The notes beneath the pieces were generated by a model, which was not told where the DNA came from, searched no databases, and saw nothing but the letters and a program-made list of their open reading frames with translations. Positions 36,535-46,726 of a DNA stretch of 64,000 nt are shown here, one piece after another (the first letter of the stretch is position 1; the number at the start of each line of letters is the position of its first letter). The translations under genes were made by a program, and so were the position numbers. Location of the stretch: the IMG/VR virus record IMGVR_UViG_3300027668_000008, positions 62,001-126,000 of that record. The stretch is one strand, 5' to 3'.

Positions 36535-37266
36535 TTACCAAGATAATGCTGTTCTTGTCCAAATTGCAGTACTGCCGTCGTAGTCTGCTATACATACATA
36601 TAGGTAACTGGCATCGTATGCCACCATGCCTGCAGTATGTCCTGCTACGCCAACATTTGTTGCTGGTGTTAATGCAACTACACCTTTTGCAACCTGTGGG
36701 CCACTCAATAATTGAACTGTAATAGTTGAACCATTGTCATCTGAAGAAAAACGTAACAAGTGATTACCTGTTGCACTGAATGTGACTACGTTTGAGGCGT
36801 ATCCTTGTAAAGCGTCTGTTCCATGTGATACAGTCGCTGGTAAAGTTAAAGTATGTGCAACACTTGAGATGTTAATCATAACATCTACTTCGGCATATTT
36901 GCCTGTTGCGGGCCAGTTACTAAAACCTTGTGTTACACTACCACTAGTTGTAAGTGTTTGGTAACCACCGCTTTGATAGTTAACAGTAAAAGTCCCTGTT
37001 ACAGTACCAATTGCGTTTTTAGTTCTAACTGCTCTGTTTAACTCAACGTTATATATAGTGTTTCCACCCATATCATTATCAAGTGATGTACCTGTTAATG
37101 CGGATTTTAAAACTACTTTTGTTTGTAAGTCTTCAATCTCAGTTTTAGCATAACCTAGGTTAGTCTTTACGTTAGTAAAGTTGTCTCTAAATCCTTGTGA
37201 ACTGTTATCCTGTCCTGCGACTGGAAACGTACCGTCTATATTTGTTGTATTAATCGAACTAGCCAT
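36535..37266 (-). CDS. virion structural/fibre protein
   Basis: FPVAGQDNSSQGFRDNF; C-terminal D..YLYVC..W.R.AL.W module; late promoter at 37303-37308. Confidence 0.7.
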   Translation of the reverse strand: MASSINTTNIDGTFPVAGQDNSSQGFRDNFTNVKTNLGYAKTEIEDLQTKVVLKSALTGTSLDNDMGGNTIYNVELNRAVRTKNAIGTVTGTFTVNYQSGGYQTLTTSGSVTQGFSNWPATGKYAEVDVMINISSVAHTLTLPATVSHGTDALQGYASNVVTFSATGNHLLRFSSDDNGSTITVQLLSGPQVAKGVVALTPATNVGVAGHTAGMVAYDASYLYVCIADYDGSTAIWTRTALSW

Positions 37267-37320
37267 ATTTTTTTAACTCCAGTATTACTTTATGTTGTAA
37301 TATATTTATTTATCATTTAT

Positions 37321-39639
37321 TTAAGGTAAGTCTATTATCTGAACTCTTGGGAATTTAATATAATGATTACCTTCGGTAATATCTGTGCGTCTTACGTCGA
37401 TATTAGGGAAAAATCTTGTATTTGTACTATCTACACTAGTTGTAGTCGAATCAAACGTTGTTTCTCCACCTACTAACCATGCTGTTGGACTACTAGTTTT
37501 ATCGTAGTTTTTACTAAAGTATTGGTCAACTACATATCTATCTACTGTAAAATCAATCTTGTTTAAGTCAACACCATCGTTAATACTTAGGTAATAAAGA
37601 ATACGTTTACCTGCACCTGGTTTCAAATATGCAATAACACACGCACTAGTGAATCCTAAAATGGTTCCATCATCTTGTACACTAGTCATCCAACGTGGAA
37701 GTGTTCTACTATCCTGGATACCTAGTTTATCTTCAACACGTTTTTTCATACGACTTAAACTTGCTGGATATAAAATTTTGTTATTGTTTGCACTTGCTCT
37801 TAATGTAGAGTTTTCAATGTGTGCAGACTCATCAGCAGTAATAGGGTTATTAATACTTGAGTATTTAATTTCTAAGTTACTAGTTGTTAACGTTGTTCCT
37901 GCTGGAGCGTCGAATTTGTCTAGTACTTCAACATACACAACATCATATATATGATTGTTATCGTTGTCAGTTGCTTTTGCAGTTTTAAAGTCACCAAAAC
38001 GTAAATTTATGTTATGATGGTTTCTATAAACACTTTCAAAGTACTTGCTCAATGTGTTTGCTGGTAGTCCTGGTAAAAACAACATTCTTGGGTATGCTTG
38101 TCTACCAAAGTAAATGTCTCTTGCTCTGTATAAATCTTCGTCTGGGATATCCTGTCTATTATAGATAACATTTTCCCATATGTTTCTATCAGTTTGTGTA
38201 GGCAATAAGTCGATATATAAGTCTTCATAAGGAGCACTATACTCGTTCTTAACTACAACACTAAATGTTCTAGTATTGTACAATGTACCTGTATTATCTC
38301 TTGCCTTAATTGTAAAATTATATGTTCCATCAACTGTAGTTGTTGCTGAACTAGTTACCACATCTAATTTTGTTGTTCCTGAGTCCATTTGGAATGTTTT
38401 AAAACTTGCTCTGCCTTCTAATTCTCCAGTGGAGTTTAGTAGTAGTCCTTGTGGCAGTTTACTACCTGCTTGTAGTTCGTATATAAGTTTTGTATTGTTC
38501 TTACTACTTGCATTTACATACAATGTACTAACTGCACCGGCTTGTAATATGCCTAAATTTTTAACAGTATTCCAAGTAATATCTAAATCTTTATTAGTTA
38601 TTAATTGCATTGTAAACGTATGTGTATCACTAAAGTTAGCCGCATCGCTTGTTCTTGCCGCTTTAACTGTAAATGAATAATCTTGTATAACTTTGTTTAA
38701 GTATGGAAGTTTACCATGTATCCAACCTGTTCCAGAATCAATAGTTAATCCCGATGGTGTTGCTCCACTTTCAATACTGTATGTAATATCGGCGCCACTG
38801 TAGTCAATAGCATCTACTTTAAAACTAAACATATTGTCGTGCAAGAATGTTCCAATTTTAGTTGCACTGTGTCTAATAATTGGACCATATGCACTACTTG
38901 TATCTGATTGGATTAAGTTGTCATCTTTATCAGCAGTAATTGTGTTACTATCTGCTTTTAAATCAAATGCACCATATACATATATACTAAATTCCTTAAC
39001 GATAAATGCTTTACCGTCACTTGCTCTAACAACAAAGTGATGTCTTTTACTGTAACTACCAACACCTGTACCAAAGTCGAATATAACTGTATCAAATGCT
39101 GAAGTATCAAAACTTCCTGCTTCACTTGATCCGTCTACTAACTGTGGTTGAATAAATCCGTTAACATAACCATCGGTTGTCAACTTTGTTCCAACAGGCA
39201 ATGTACCACTTAACAATTCGTATGTTAGTGTATCTTCACTATCGCTGTCATTTACTATAATCTTTTTATTAATATACTGGAAATCTATAAAGTCACCTAA
39301 ATCTGATGCACTTTCCCATACTGGAACGTCTTGTCCTGTAACGATTAATTGGAATGTTTTGTCGTTAACAATACCGGTTGAATCTTTTGCTCTAATAGTG
39401 AACTTGCTGGCAACATCTCTGCTTACTTCCACAGGTACGCCTTGGATAACCTTTCTAGGGTTACCAAATAATGTACCATTACTTGCTAGTTCGATACCGT
39501 CAGGTAATGTTCCAGAAACAACTGAATACGCAATAACACCCGAAGACGGGTCTCTTGCGTCTAAAGAGAATCTGTAGAATTGACCTTCTTGTATTACGCC
39601 TAGGTTACTTGTGGTTGTGTACCAAACTGGTGCCGCCAT
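37321..39639 (-). CDS. Ig/cadherin-like repeat baseplate/structural protein
   Basis: Repeated Y.L.SG.LP.G..L...G.I.G and F...A.D motifs; late promoter at 39664-39669. Confidence 0.75.
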   Translation of the reverse strand: MAAPVWYTTTSNLGVIQEGQFYRFSLDARDPSSGVIAYSVVSGTLPDGIELASNGTLFGNPRKVIQGVPVEVSRDVASKFTIRAKDSTGIVNDKTFQLIVTGQDVPVWESASDLGDFIDFQYINKKIIVNDSDSEDTLTYELLSGTLPVGTKLTTDGYVNGFIQPQLVDGSSEAGSFDTSAFDTVIFDFGTGVGSYSKRHHFVVRASDGKAFIVKEFSIYVYGAFDLKADSNTITADKDDNLIQSDTSSAYGPIIRHSATKIGTFLHDNMFSFKVDAIDYSGADITYSIESGATPSGLTIDSGTGWIHGKLPYLNKVIQDYSFTVKAARTSDAANFSDTHTFTMQLITNKDLDITWNTVKNLGILQAGAVSTLYVNASSKNNTKLIYELQAGSKLPQGLLLNSTGELEGRASFKTFQMDSGTTKLDVVTSSATTTVDGTYNFTIKARDNTGTLYNTRTFSVVVKNEYSAPYEDLYIDLLPTQTDRNIWENVIYNRQDIPDEDLYRARDIYFGRQAYPRMLFLPGLPANTLSKYFESVYRNHHNINLRFGDFKTAKATDNDNNHIYDVVYVEVLDKFDAPAGTTLTTSNLEIKYSSINNPITADESAHIENSTLRASANNNKILYPASLSRMKKRVEDKLGIQDSRTLPRWMTSVQDDGTILGFTSACVIAYLKPGAGKRILYYLSINDGVDLNKIDFTVDRYVVDQYFSKNYDKTSSPTAWLVGGETTFDSTTTSVDSTNTRFFPNIDVRRTDITEGNHYIKFPRVQIIDLP

Positions 39640-39673
39640 TAAATTATCCTTTAATTACACTAGTATTTATATA

Positions 39674-40633
39674 CTATAGTGCCGCTATTCTCGTCTGAAA
39701 ATCAGCGAAGTCTGTACTTGCCGCGACAGTTGATTTTAACGTTGCTAAAGTAATTGTGATATCAGTTACTAATGCTACTGTACCGTTTTCGTCTTTAAAT
39801 GTAATTGTTCTATCAGCAGTTGGGTCTGTAACTGTTAATGTTGTTTCAAAATCATCAGCAGTTGCACCTTCAAATGTTAACTGGTTCTGTACTATAACAT
39901 CAGTTGTTTCTAATGTAGTAGTTGTACCTTGTACAACTAAATTACCCGCTACGTTTAAGTTTTGAACGTTTGTGGCACCTGTTGCAGTTATGTTAACACT
40001 AGTTGTGTCAGTGTTATTAATGTCTGCTGTCATTGTACTTGTCATAACACCAGTAAATGTACCACTAATACTACCACTAGCATCTACGTTTACTACGTTA
40101 AGAGCTCCCCAACGATTAGTTCCTCCGCCAAGGTTTTGTGTAGTACTTACTGGTAAAAAGTCTGTGCTTGATTTTGCATTAAATGTAATAGTGTTTGATG
40201 CACTGGCACCAAGTGTTGTATTACCTACTACAAAACTACCAGCAGTCATTGTTCCGGAACTCGTAATATCACCTGTTACGTCAAGTGCTACTGTTGGAGC
40301 ATTATTTTTAATACCAACAAAACCATTGCTTCCTTTAACATATAAAACGTTACTTGCTAAGTCTGTGTTAATAGTAAAGTTATAATTACCGTTGTTTGGA
40401 TTAATAATTGTATCGCCGGTTACTTTAAAAGCACCTGAATCTGCAGGATTCATGATAACATCAGTTGTTCCTGCGATACTGTCAGCAGTAATATTTAAAT
40501 TACTATTAACTGCATCATATGTCCACACATCGTCGAAGTTTAAATTGATTTTTTCAAATGCCGCACGAAGTAAGTCGCCTGTACCGTCGTCTGCGTTTGT
40601 ACCAATGTTAATTACTCTTTTAGTTCCAGCCAT
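39674..40633 (-). CDS. baseplate/tail-fibre protein with gp9/gp10-like N-terminus
   Basis: INIGTNADDGTGDLLRAAFEKIN.NF. Confidence 0.75.
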   Translation of the reverse strand: MAGTKRVINIGTNADDGTGDLLRAAFEKINLNFDDVWTYDAVNSNLNITADSIAGTTDVIMNPADSGAFKVTGDTIINPNNGNYNFTINTDLASNVLYVKGSNGFVGIKNNAPTVALDVTGDITSSGTMTAGSFVVGNTTLGASASNTITFNAKSSTDFLPVSTTQNLGGGTNRWGALNVVNVDASGSISGTFTGVMTSTMTADINNTDTTSVNITATGATNVQNLNVAGNLVVQGTTTTLETTDVIVQNQLTFEGATADDFETTLTVTDPTADRTITFKDENGTVALVTDITITLATLKSTVAASTDFADFQTRIAAL

Positions 40634-40646
40634 AATCTATCTCCTA

Positions 40647-41345
40647 TTACCAAGTTGCTATTGCTACACGTTTCCATATTGCCGCTGAACCTGGACTTAC
40701 CCAAGTAGCAGTACAATAATAGATGTAACTTGCATCTGCAGATATATCGCCTATCAAATCGCCTGAAGCGCCTGCATTTGTTGTTGGAGTATGCACTGTA
40801 GAAATGTTGATTCTGTCGCCAGTTGCTGTTAGTTTAGTACCAAAGATACTACGCCAAGCATTTGCTGACGTTCCTAAATCTCTTGTGTTTGTTGTATCAC
40901 TTAAAATGTGTCCAGTAACATTAACTTCGCCACCACCTGGTACTAAATTAATATCATTAGTTGTTGTTGTAAGTGTAGACGTTGTTCCGTTTACTGCTAT
41001 GTCGCCCATAACGACTGTAGTACCGTTGTCAACGATTGAACTTATTGCCACGTTACCACTTGCATCAAACTTTAAGATTGCATTGTCAGTATGTGACGTA
41101 AATTGTAAATTTTTGGAAGTGTCTATTACGATTGCACCAGTACCATTCGGACTTAATAAAATATTTCCGTTAGTATCGTCGGTTCCAATAGTATTACCTG
41201 TAAAACTAATATTACTTAAACTTGATCCGCCTAATTCTGTATAGACTTCAACGAAGTTTTCGTTAATTTTAGTAAAGGCAGTTCTTAAAGGATCACCGGC
41301 ACCATCATTTGCACTGCTTCCAATGTTAATTGCTTGTTTTGCCAT
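40647..41345 (-). CDS. baseplate/tail-fibre protein with gp9/gp10-like N-terminus
   Basis: INIGSSANDGAGDPLRTAFTKINENF; same C-terminal module as 36535-37266; late promoter at 41380-41385. Confidence 0.75.
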   Translation of the reverse strand: MAKQAINIGSSANDGAGDPLRTAFTKINENFVEVYTELGGSSLSNISFTGNTIGTDDTNGNILLSPNGTGAIVIDTSKNLQFTSHTDNAILKFDASGNVAISSIVDNGTTVVMGDIAVNGTTSTLTTTTNDINLVPGGGEVNVTGHILSDTTNTRDLGTSANAWRSIFGTKLTATGDRINISTVHTPTTNAGASGDLIGDISADASYIYYCTATWVSPGSAAIWKRVAIATW

Positions 41346-41429
41346 TGTTATAACTCCTGCAGATTATATTGTGTACTACTATTTATCCTCTACAATTGGT
41401 AACCGAACGCTAATAACATAAATACTTGT

Positions 41430-41708
41430 ATGTATTTAGGATATACATATATCAAACAATGGCATCAACGACTGCAAAAAGCAACACATCGTCGACTGCA
41501 AGTATTCGCATTAATATGTGATAATTGCCAAAATATGATTCTTAAAAGTTCAAGCGAACTTAATAAGAGTCAAAGAAATGGTTATGTCAAACATTACTGC
41601 GGTTCGTGTGGAGACGTTTATAAACTTGCACAAAAAGATAGTGCATTAAGAAAAAGGACATTAAAACATGACGCAAGTTCAACGGTATCTATTAGTAGTT
41701 TACGTTAG
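41430..41708 (+). CDS. putative zinc-binding protein
   Basis: CDNC..HYCGSC; TAAATA 5 nt before ATG. Confidence 0.6.
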   Translation: MYLGYTYIKQWHQRLQKATHRRLQVFALICDNCQNMILKSSSELNKSQRNGYVKHYCGSCGDVYKLAQKDSALRKRTLKHDASSTVSISSLR

Positions 41709-42765
41709 TCTTTTCGTTTTTGTAGGAGCAAGTATACAACCTGCTCATAGTGGTCTTGCGAATATCGATAATAATCTAAAATCAACAGTTCTAGTTTCAA
41801 TTAAAAACGTAAAACCTTTATTAGACGAAACAACTAATAACACTGCTCCGGTTCCAATGCCGGAAAGTGGTGGATTGGGATCAGGTATTATTGTGTCCCC
41901 ACAAGGACATATTATTACTAACTACCATGTTATAGAAAAAGGGAATACAATTTCAGTATGGATGCATGATGACAAATCCATGACTGAATACGAAGCAACA
42001 ATCGTGGGCTACGATAAATTATCGGATATTGCAGTAATAAAAATCGACTTACCAGAAGATTATATTTTTCGCTACATCGAGTGGGGAAAAGAACCTGATT
42101 TTGGTGACGACATTTATGTCATTGGTCATCCGCAAGGTATGATTTGGAGTGTTAGCAAAGGTGTTGTTAGCAATCCGAAACGTTTCGTATCTTCGCCGTG
42201 GCAACGGCTGATCCAATCCGATGCATTAATAATGCCTGGCAATAGTGGAGGTCCACTATTTGATAATAAAGGTAATTTAATAGGCATCAATACACTAATG
42301 ATTCTAAGTCGAGATCCAAATGCCAAGACGCAAGCCTGGGCAATGAGTATTCACGTTGATGATGTAAGATGGGTCTATGACAGGATAATTTCGTACGGGG
42401 AAGTACGAAGACCGGCTTTAAACATCGAAGTTGATTTCGACGTTGATAAGAAGTTGGTTAAAATAAAAGCCTCGCCTGACAGTAATCTATATAAAGCAGG
42501 AATGATTGAAGAATCATACCTAACAGAGATAGATGGTGTTAAGGTACAAGAGTATGGCGACATCTTTAAGTATCTAAAAACAAAGTTAGATGGAGATGCC
42601 GTTACGGTAAAGGTGGTTACAATAGAATCGGGAGAAGTGTTAACCCTAGAGTTTGTTCTAGGTAGTTGGAAGGACATGGAAGAAAAGATGTCTCAGTCAG
42701 TGGAAATGGAAGTGGAACCAAAAGAAAAGGAGGATACACCTATGCGTATTCCTCCTCCTAAGTAA
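41668..42765 (+). CDS. HtrA/DegP-like serine protease
   Basis: Signal peptide; GSG, TNYHV, DIAV, GNSGGPL; degenerate PDZ-like C-terminus. Confidence 0.92.
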   Translation: MTQVQRYLLVVYVSLFVFVGASIQPAHSGLANIDNNLKSTVLVSIKNVKPLLDETTNNTAPVPMPESGGLGSGIIVSPQGHIITNYHVIEKGNTISVWMHDDKSMTEYEATIVGYDKLSDIAVIKIDLPEDYIFRYIEWGKEPDFGDDIYVIGHPQGMIWSVSKGVVSNPKRFVSSPWQRLIQSDALIMPGNSGGPLFDNKGNLIGINTLMILSRDPNAKTQAWAMSIHVDDVRWVYDRIISYGEVRRPALNIEVDFDVDKKLVKIKASPDSNLYKAGMIEESYLTEIDGVKVQEYGDIFKYLKTKLDGDAVTVKVVTIESGEVLTLEFVLGSWKDMEEKMSQSVEMEVEPKEKEDTPMRIPPPK

Positions 42766-43191
42766 TTAGAATCCTACGGATTCTCCACAACCACACGAAG
42801 AAGTTGCTTGGGGGTTTTCTACAACAATTTGAGAACCTCCAAAGCCTTCTTGTAAATCAATAGTTGTACCCATAATATAAAATAAACTTGTCTTATCTAT
42901 AATAAGATTCTTTTCTTCATTAAGTTTAATAACTTCATCAGCAGGATCAATTTTATCTGTTTCGATAGAATCCCACTTATATTTAAAACCTGCACAACCG
43001 CCGCCTTGTACACCAAAGTATACATTAGTTGCGTTTTGTTTATCAGCAGTTTTAATTAAAAATTCTTTTGCGGCTTCTGTAATAGCCGGTATCATACTAA
43101 ACTTTTGTACAGCCGGTTTATCAGTAGCAATGTTTTTACCTAAATCTGGTGGTGTTGGTAACGTATTCGTCTTCATGTTCGTCCTCTCCAA
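42766..43191 (-). CDS. A-type Fe-S carrier (HesB/IscA/ErpA family)
   Basis: GGGCAGFKY; NP..SSCGCGES. Confidence 0.92.
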   Translation of the reverse strand: MERTNMKTNTLPTPPDLGKNIATDKPAVQKFSMIPAITEAAKEFLIKTADKQNATNVYFGVQGGGCAGFKYKWDSIETDKIDPADEVIKLNEEKNLIIDKTSLFYIMGTTIDLQEGFGGSQIVVENPQATSSCGCGESVGF

Positions 43192-43558
43192 GGTTTAATG
43201 TGAAACGTGCTATCTCACTCATTTGATCCGGGTTAAAAGTAGGTTCAAATGTCATTTCCACATCTACTTCATTAATTCCTGGTACTTTCAATAATGCGTC
43301 TTTTACCCATTCTGGCATTTCGCCTGCTACTGGGCAAAAAGGACTTGTTAATGTCATAACAGTCTTACATTTACCGTCTACTATATCGCAATGGTAAATT
43401 AGTCCTAACTCAAATATATTTATATGAATATCTGGATCATTAACAGTTCGTAATTGTTCTCTAACATCATCTAATTTTACATTTGTATCTGTAATACTAA
43501 AATCAAAACTACCTTCGCTATTAGAACTTCTGTTAAAGTCTTGTATTGCTACTGTCAT
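43136..43558 (-). CDS. SufT/MIP18 (DUF59) Fe-S assembly protein (start reassigned to MTVAI)
   Basis: V.DPDI.INI.ELGLIY; MTLTSPFCP. Confidence 0.88.
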   Translation of the reverse strand: MTVAIQDFNRSSNSEGSFDFSITDTNVKLDDVREQLRTVNDPDIHINIFELGLIYHCDIVDGKCKTVMTLTSPFCPVAGEMPEWVKDALLKVPGINEVDVEMTFEPTFNPDQMSEIARFTLNLGEDEHEDEYVTNTTRFR

Positions 43559-43842
43559 ATCCTTATTAAAATCTTTCCGTCTGGAGCATTGTCCAAATCT
43601 AATTGACAACCTAGTCTTTGCCCAGGTCTTCCTTCTAAGTCAAGCATATCTTGTTCTTCTTGACTTGGTTCTTTAAAATATTGTTCACCTTCTAACACTG
43701 TGCAACAACATGAACCACAGGCTACTGAACCTCCGCAAGTTCCCCAATCGACATCGTCGTATAGAGCAATCATTACATTGTCCGTGCCTGTGTATTCTCG
43801 TTGAATCTTCTTGCCTTTATACAAGGCTGTTAGAATTGGCAT
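43555..43842 (-). CDS. fdx: 2Fe-2S ferredoxin (ISC/adrenodoxin type)
   Basis: CGGSVACGSC, EE.DMLD, RLGCQ. Confidence 0.85.
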   Translation of the reverse strand: MPILTALYKGKKIQREYTGTDNVMIALYDDVDWGTCGGSVACGSCCCTVLEGEQYFKEPSQEEQDMLDLEGRPGQRLGCQLDLDNAPDGKILIRI

Positions 43843-43848
43843 TAATGA

Positions 43849-44010
43849 CTAACCTTTTTTATAGATTTGCCATGCGCCAAAGATAATTGCGGCATAAGCC
43901 GCCATACTAGCAAACGGTCCTGCAATTAGGACAACTACACCTATTGCGACTAGTGCCGCACCTGAATGTGATGTTCGTTCTTTTATTCTGTCTTTAATCC
44001 AATTTGTCAT
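43849..44010 (-). CDS. 53-aa two-TM membrane protein (not in ORF track)
   Basis: MTNWIKDRIKERTSHSGAALVAIGVVVLIAGPFASMAAYAAIIFGAWQIYKKG; AAGGAG SD. Confidence 0.7.
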   Translation of the reverse strand: MTNWIKDRIKERTSHSGAALVAIGVVVLIAGPFASMAAYAAIIFGAWQIYKKG

Positions 44011-44063
44011 ATTTGACTCCTTTTCTTTTTGTTATAATAGTGATAGAGAAAATTCGTTTTCCT

Positions 44064-44291
44064 TTATCCTTCTTTATGCCTAAAGATTATTCGTCCTTTG
44101 TTCATATCATAGACGCTTATCTCTAGGTCTACTTTATCCTGTAGCAAAACTTTAATGTTATTTTTTCGCATCTTTCCATTTAGGTGAGCGACTACGGATG
44201 TATCGTGTCCTTCGACTTTGACTTTGAATTGTGCATTTGGTAGTACTTGTGTCACTACGCCCTGCACGTTAATGGTGCCGTCTTTTGCCAT
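44064..44291 (-). CDS. infA: translation initiation factor IF-1
   Basis: MAK..I.V.G.V...LPNA.F.V...AH..GKMRKN.I.VL..D.V....YD..KGRI.FR. Confidence 0.95.
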   Translation of the reverse strand: MAKDGTINVQGVVTQVLPNAQFKVKVEGHDTSVVAHLNGKMRKNNIKVLLQDKVDLEISVYDMNKGRIIFRHKEG

Positions 44292-44309
44292 TGTGTATTA
44301 TTTACCTGT

Positions 44310-44741
44310 TTATCGCCTCATTTGAGCCAGCTCAACTGCTTCGTCTTCGCTGAATACGGGCACTAGATTGCTCTTATGCATAGTTGCTATGCCTAAAAGT
44401 TTCCTTTCACCGCTATAAACCATAACTTCTTTTCTTAAAGCAGGTCCTCCAATATTATTACCTAAACTTGGATAAACCTTTCCTTCACGTACCTTTGGAG
44501 GTTCGTAGGTTTTAGCAGTTGTCTTTACTTTTGGTGCTTTATAAGTACCATTTACATATGCACAAAAGTCTTCAAACTTTTCAAACTGTGCTGAATGTAT
44601 GTGTCGTCTACGACAATCTTTATTATGTGCTTTCCACTGTCTTACAAGATTTTCTTGTTGTGAAACACTTAAATTTTTTTGTTTCTTTTTACGATTATAT
44701 TTCGTTGTGGTCATATATGGACCTACTAAATGCATTGTCAT
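44310..44741 (-). CDS. conserved hypothetical phage protein
   Basis: C-terminal GIATMHKSNLVPVF..MRR. Confidence 0.65.
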   Translation of the reverse strand: MTMHLVGPYMTTTKYNRKKKQKNLSVSQQENLVRQWKAHNKDCRRRHIHSAQFEKFEDFCAYVNGTYKAPKVKTTAKTYEPPKVREGKVYPSLGNNIGGPALRKEVMVYSGERKLLGIATMHKSNLVPVFSEDEAVELAQMRR

Positions 44742-44742
44742 A

Positions 44743-45756
44743 TTATCTTGTCCTATTCATTACTTTAGTTTTATTGATACAAAACTTATTACACACTACA
44801 GACTCTCTATTGTCTATAATGCTGGATAGTCTTTTATTATACCACGAATTGGATAGAATGTCAAGTAGTTTGTTTTCATATATGTTGTTAACCTGTGGAT
44901 CAAATCCAGGCATATCGAACGGTTCTGCTTTGGCTTGTGGTGCTCTAGTGGCTGTCCAACAACAAGGCCAAACTGTTCCCCATGGATCTATTTGTATTCT
45001 CATGTCTTGATACCATATACACGGAGTATCTAGTTCTGCTTGTTCCGGTATATATGTTGTTTTATACTTGTCTTCTTTAAGTATTATGCTCTTACGTTTA
45101 AAGTTTTTAACTTTATCGTGTGATATTTTATAACTCTTATCATACACTTCTAATGTCTCATTCTTAGCAAAACTAGGTCGAATCCAGTGGCTACAACACC
45201 CCAAATCCGTCGCTAGTTGGGTAATAGCGTCTAACTGCTCCACATTGTAGTCGAAAGCAGTAGTAACAATTTCGGCATTTCCGCCTACATCATTAAATGC
45301 TTTAACGTTTTCACATATCTTTTTGAAACTTGTATTACGTCTATATAAATGGTGAGTATCTTCTAATCCATCTATTGCAAACTCAATCTTATGTGATTTA
45401 GCACGTTGTAATACTTTAGATAGTTTTTCCCACCATTTAGTATCACGCATACTTCCGTTTGTAGCAATGCCAATAGATGCTTCTGGGTGGTGTGTTACAA
45501 TGCTTTCACAAATGGCAATAAGTTCAGGGTGCATACACGCATCTCCCCAAACTCCATTAAAATGAATTTTTTTGAATAGTGATCCTTTTGTATCTTTGGA
45601 CATAACTCTGTCCCATACTTTTGGATCTATATGGTTAAGTTGTAAATGAGGTATTGTGTCTCCGCCGTCTATGTTTCTTACACAACTGACACACTTTGCG
45701 TTACAATAACTAGTAGGGTCTACTTGAATGAATTGTACACGTTTTGACCATTGCAT
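44743..45756 (-). CDS. radical SAM protein with SPASM/Twitch-like C-terminus
   Basis: CNAKCVSC (CxxxCxxC); TNG; C..IDPWG.V.PCC..C..FC. Confidence 0.88.
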   Translation of the reverse strand: MQWSKRVQFIQVDPTSYCNAKCVSCVRNIDGGDTIPHLQLNHIDPKVWDRVMSKDTKGSLFKKIHFNGVWGDACMHPELIAICESIVTHHPEASIGIATNGSMRDTKWWEKLSKVLQRAKSHKIEFAIDGLEDTHHLYRRNTSFKKICENVKAFNDVGGNAEIVTTAFDYNVEQLDAITQLATDLGCCSHWIRPSFAKNETLEVYDKSYKISHDKVKNFKRKSIILKEDKYKTTYIPEQAELDTPCIWYQDMRIQIDPWGTVWPCCWTATRAPQAKAEPFDMPGFDPQVNNIYENKLLDILSNSWYNKRLSSIIDNRESVVCNKFCINKTKVMNRTR

Positions 45757-46038
45757 TTACTTAACTTCATTCCACTCTTTTTCTTCTACTTCTTTATCTT
45801 TGGATTTGGATTTGGTCTTATCCACACCTGATCCCAGAGTGTCCCAAAATTTCTCTAATACCATTAGTGGTGGATTCACTTTCTTGCTCCCTATCGTGCA
45901 ACCCATCAGCATACAGATTAATACTACTAAAAATGCTCCTTTTATAAAAGCCATCCAGTACATTGCATAATGAGATATGTTCAATATTAATCGAAGCCTC
46001 TCACAATAATCTTTATGCCAGTCTATAATTTTATTCAT
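45757..46038 (-). CDS. hypothetical membrane/lipoprotein
   Basis: Hydrophobic segment ending LMGC. Confidence 0.5.
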   Translation of the reverse strand: MNKIIDWHKDYCERLRLILNISHYAMYWMAFIKGAFLVVLICMLMGCTIGSKKVNPPLMVLEKFWDTLGSGVDKTKSKSKDKEVEEKEWNEVK

Positions 46039-46040
46039 AG

Positions 46041-46229
46041 TTATTTGATTGGCTGTTTAAGTTCCTTGTTACCTTCTCTTACTGCTTTTGCAAGTTCCGG
46101 ATCTTTTTCAAGTTCTTTACGCATTTTCTTTGCTAACTTATAAGCCTTACGAGCATTTTCTCTACGTTCTGCTCTACTTTCGTTATTTTCACTTCGCGAC
46201 TGTAAAAAGTCGCCTACTTTATTAAACAT
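46041..46229 (-). CDS. hypothetical protein
   Basis: Tightly packed ORF. Confidence 0.55.
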   Translation of the reverse strand: MFNKVGDFLQSRSENNESRAERRENARKAYKLAKKMRKELEKDPELAKAVREGNKELKQPIK

Positions 46230-46231
46230 AT

Positions 46232-46468
46232 TTATCTCACTTTAACGTATAAAGGATCGGCTTCGCCTTCTGGCGTAGGTTCCTGATATTGTTGGATCAC
46301 TTGGTCGAGCAAGGCTTTTGTATCGTGCTTACCTTCATCTAACTGATTAATGGCATCACCTACATTTTTTGCTATTCCACTTCTGACCATTCTAGTTAAT
46401 ACTAGTATAAGTTCACTTTTATTATAACCTGTTGTATCAATAGTATCTTGAGTGTGGTTTCTTCCCAT
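46232..46468 (-). CDS. hypothetical protein (start reassigned to MGRNH)
   Basis: AAGGA SD; promoter TTGACA-N16-TATACT at 46506-46533. Confidence 0.6.
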   Translation of the reverse strand: MGRNHTQDTIDTTGYNKSELILVLTRMVRSGIAKNVGDAINQLDEGKHDTKALLDQVIQQYQEPTPEGEADPLYVKVR

Positions 46469-46543
46469 AATGTGTCCTTCTGTTTTATTGTTATAATTAT
46501 ACTTTAGTATAGCACATTTACACTTGTTGTCAAGCACTTATTT

Positions 46544-46617
46544 TGGCTGGGATACAAGGATTCGAACCTCGATTGACTGGATCAAAACCAGTTGTCCTAC
46601 CATTAGACGATATCCCA
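46544..46617 (-). tRNA. tRNA-Gln(TTG)
   Basis: TGGGATA/TATCCCA acceptor, ACTGG-TTTTGAT-CCAGT anticodon arm, GGTTCGAATCC, encoded CCA. Confidence 0.95.
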
Positions 46618-46638
46618 ACGTTTTTGTTAATTTCTGGG

Positions 46639-46724
46639 TGGTGCGAATGGAGGGACTCGAACCCACACACCTTAAAGATAACGGATTTTAAGTCCGTTGC
46701 GTCTACCTATTCCGCCACACTCGC
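46639..46724 (-). tRNA. tRNA-Leu(TAA)
   Basis: GCGAGTG/CATTCGC acceptor, ACGGA-CTTAAAA-TCCGT, long variable arm, encoded CCA. Confidence 0.95.
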
Positions 46725-46726
46725 TT

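Noticed and set aside
12604-44291. Bacterial chromosome origin, suggested by clpA, def, prs, rpiB and infA
   Set aside because: These genes are interleaved with baseplate, lysis and clamp-loader genes and T4-type late promoters; no bacterial operon context or rRNA.
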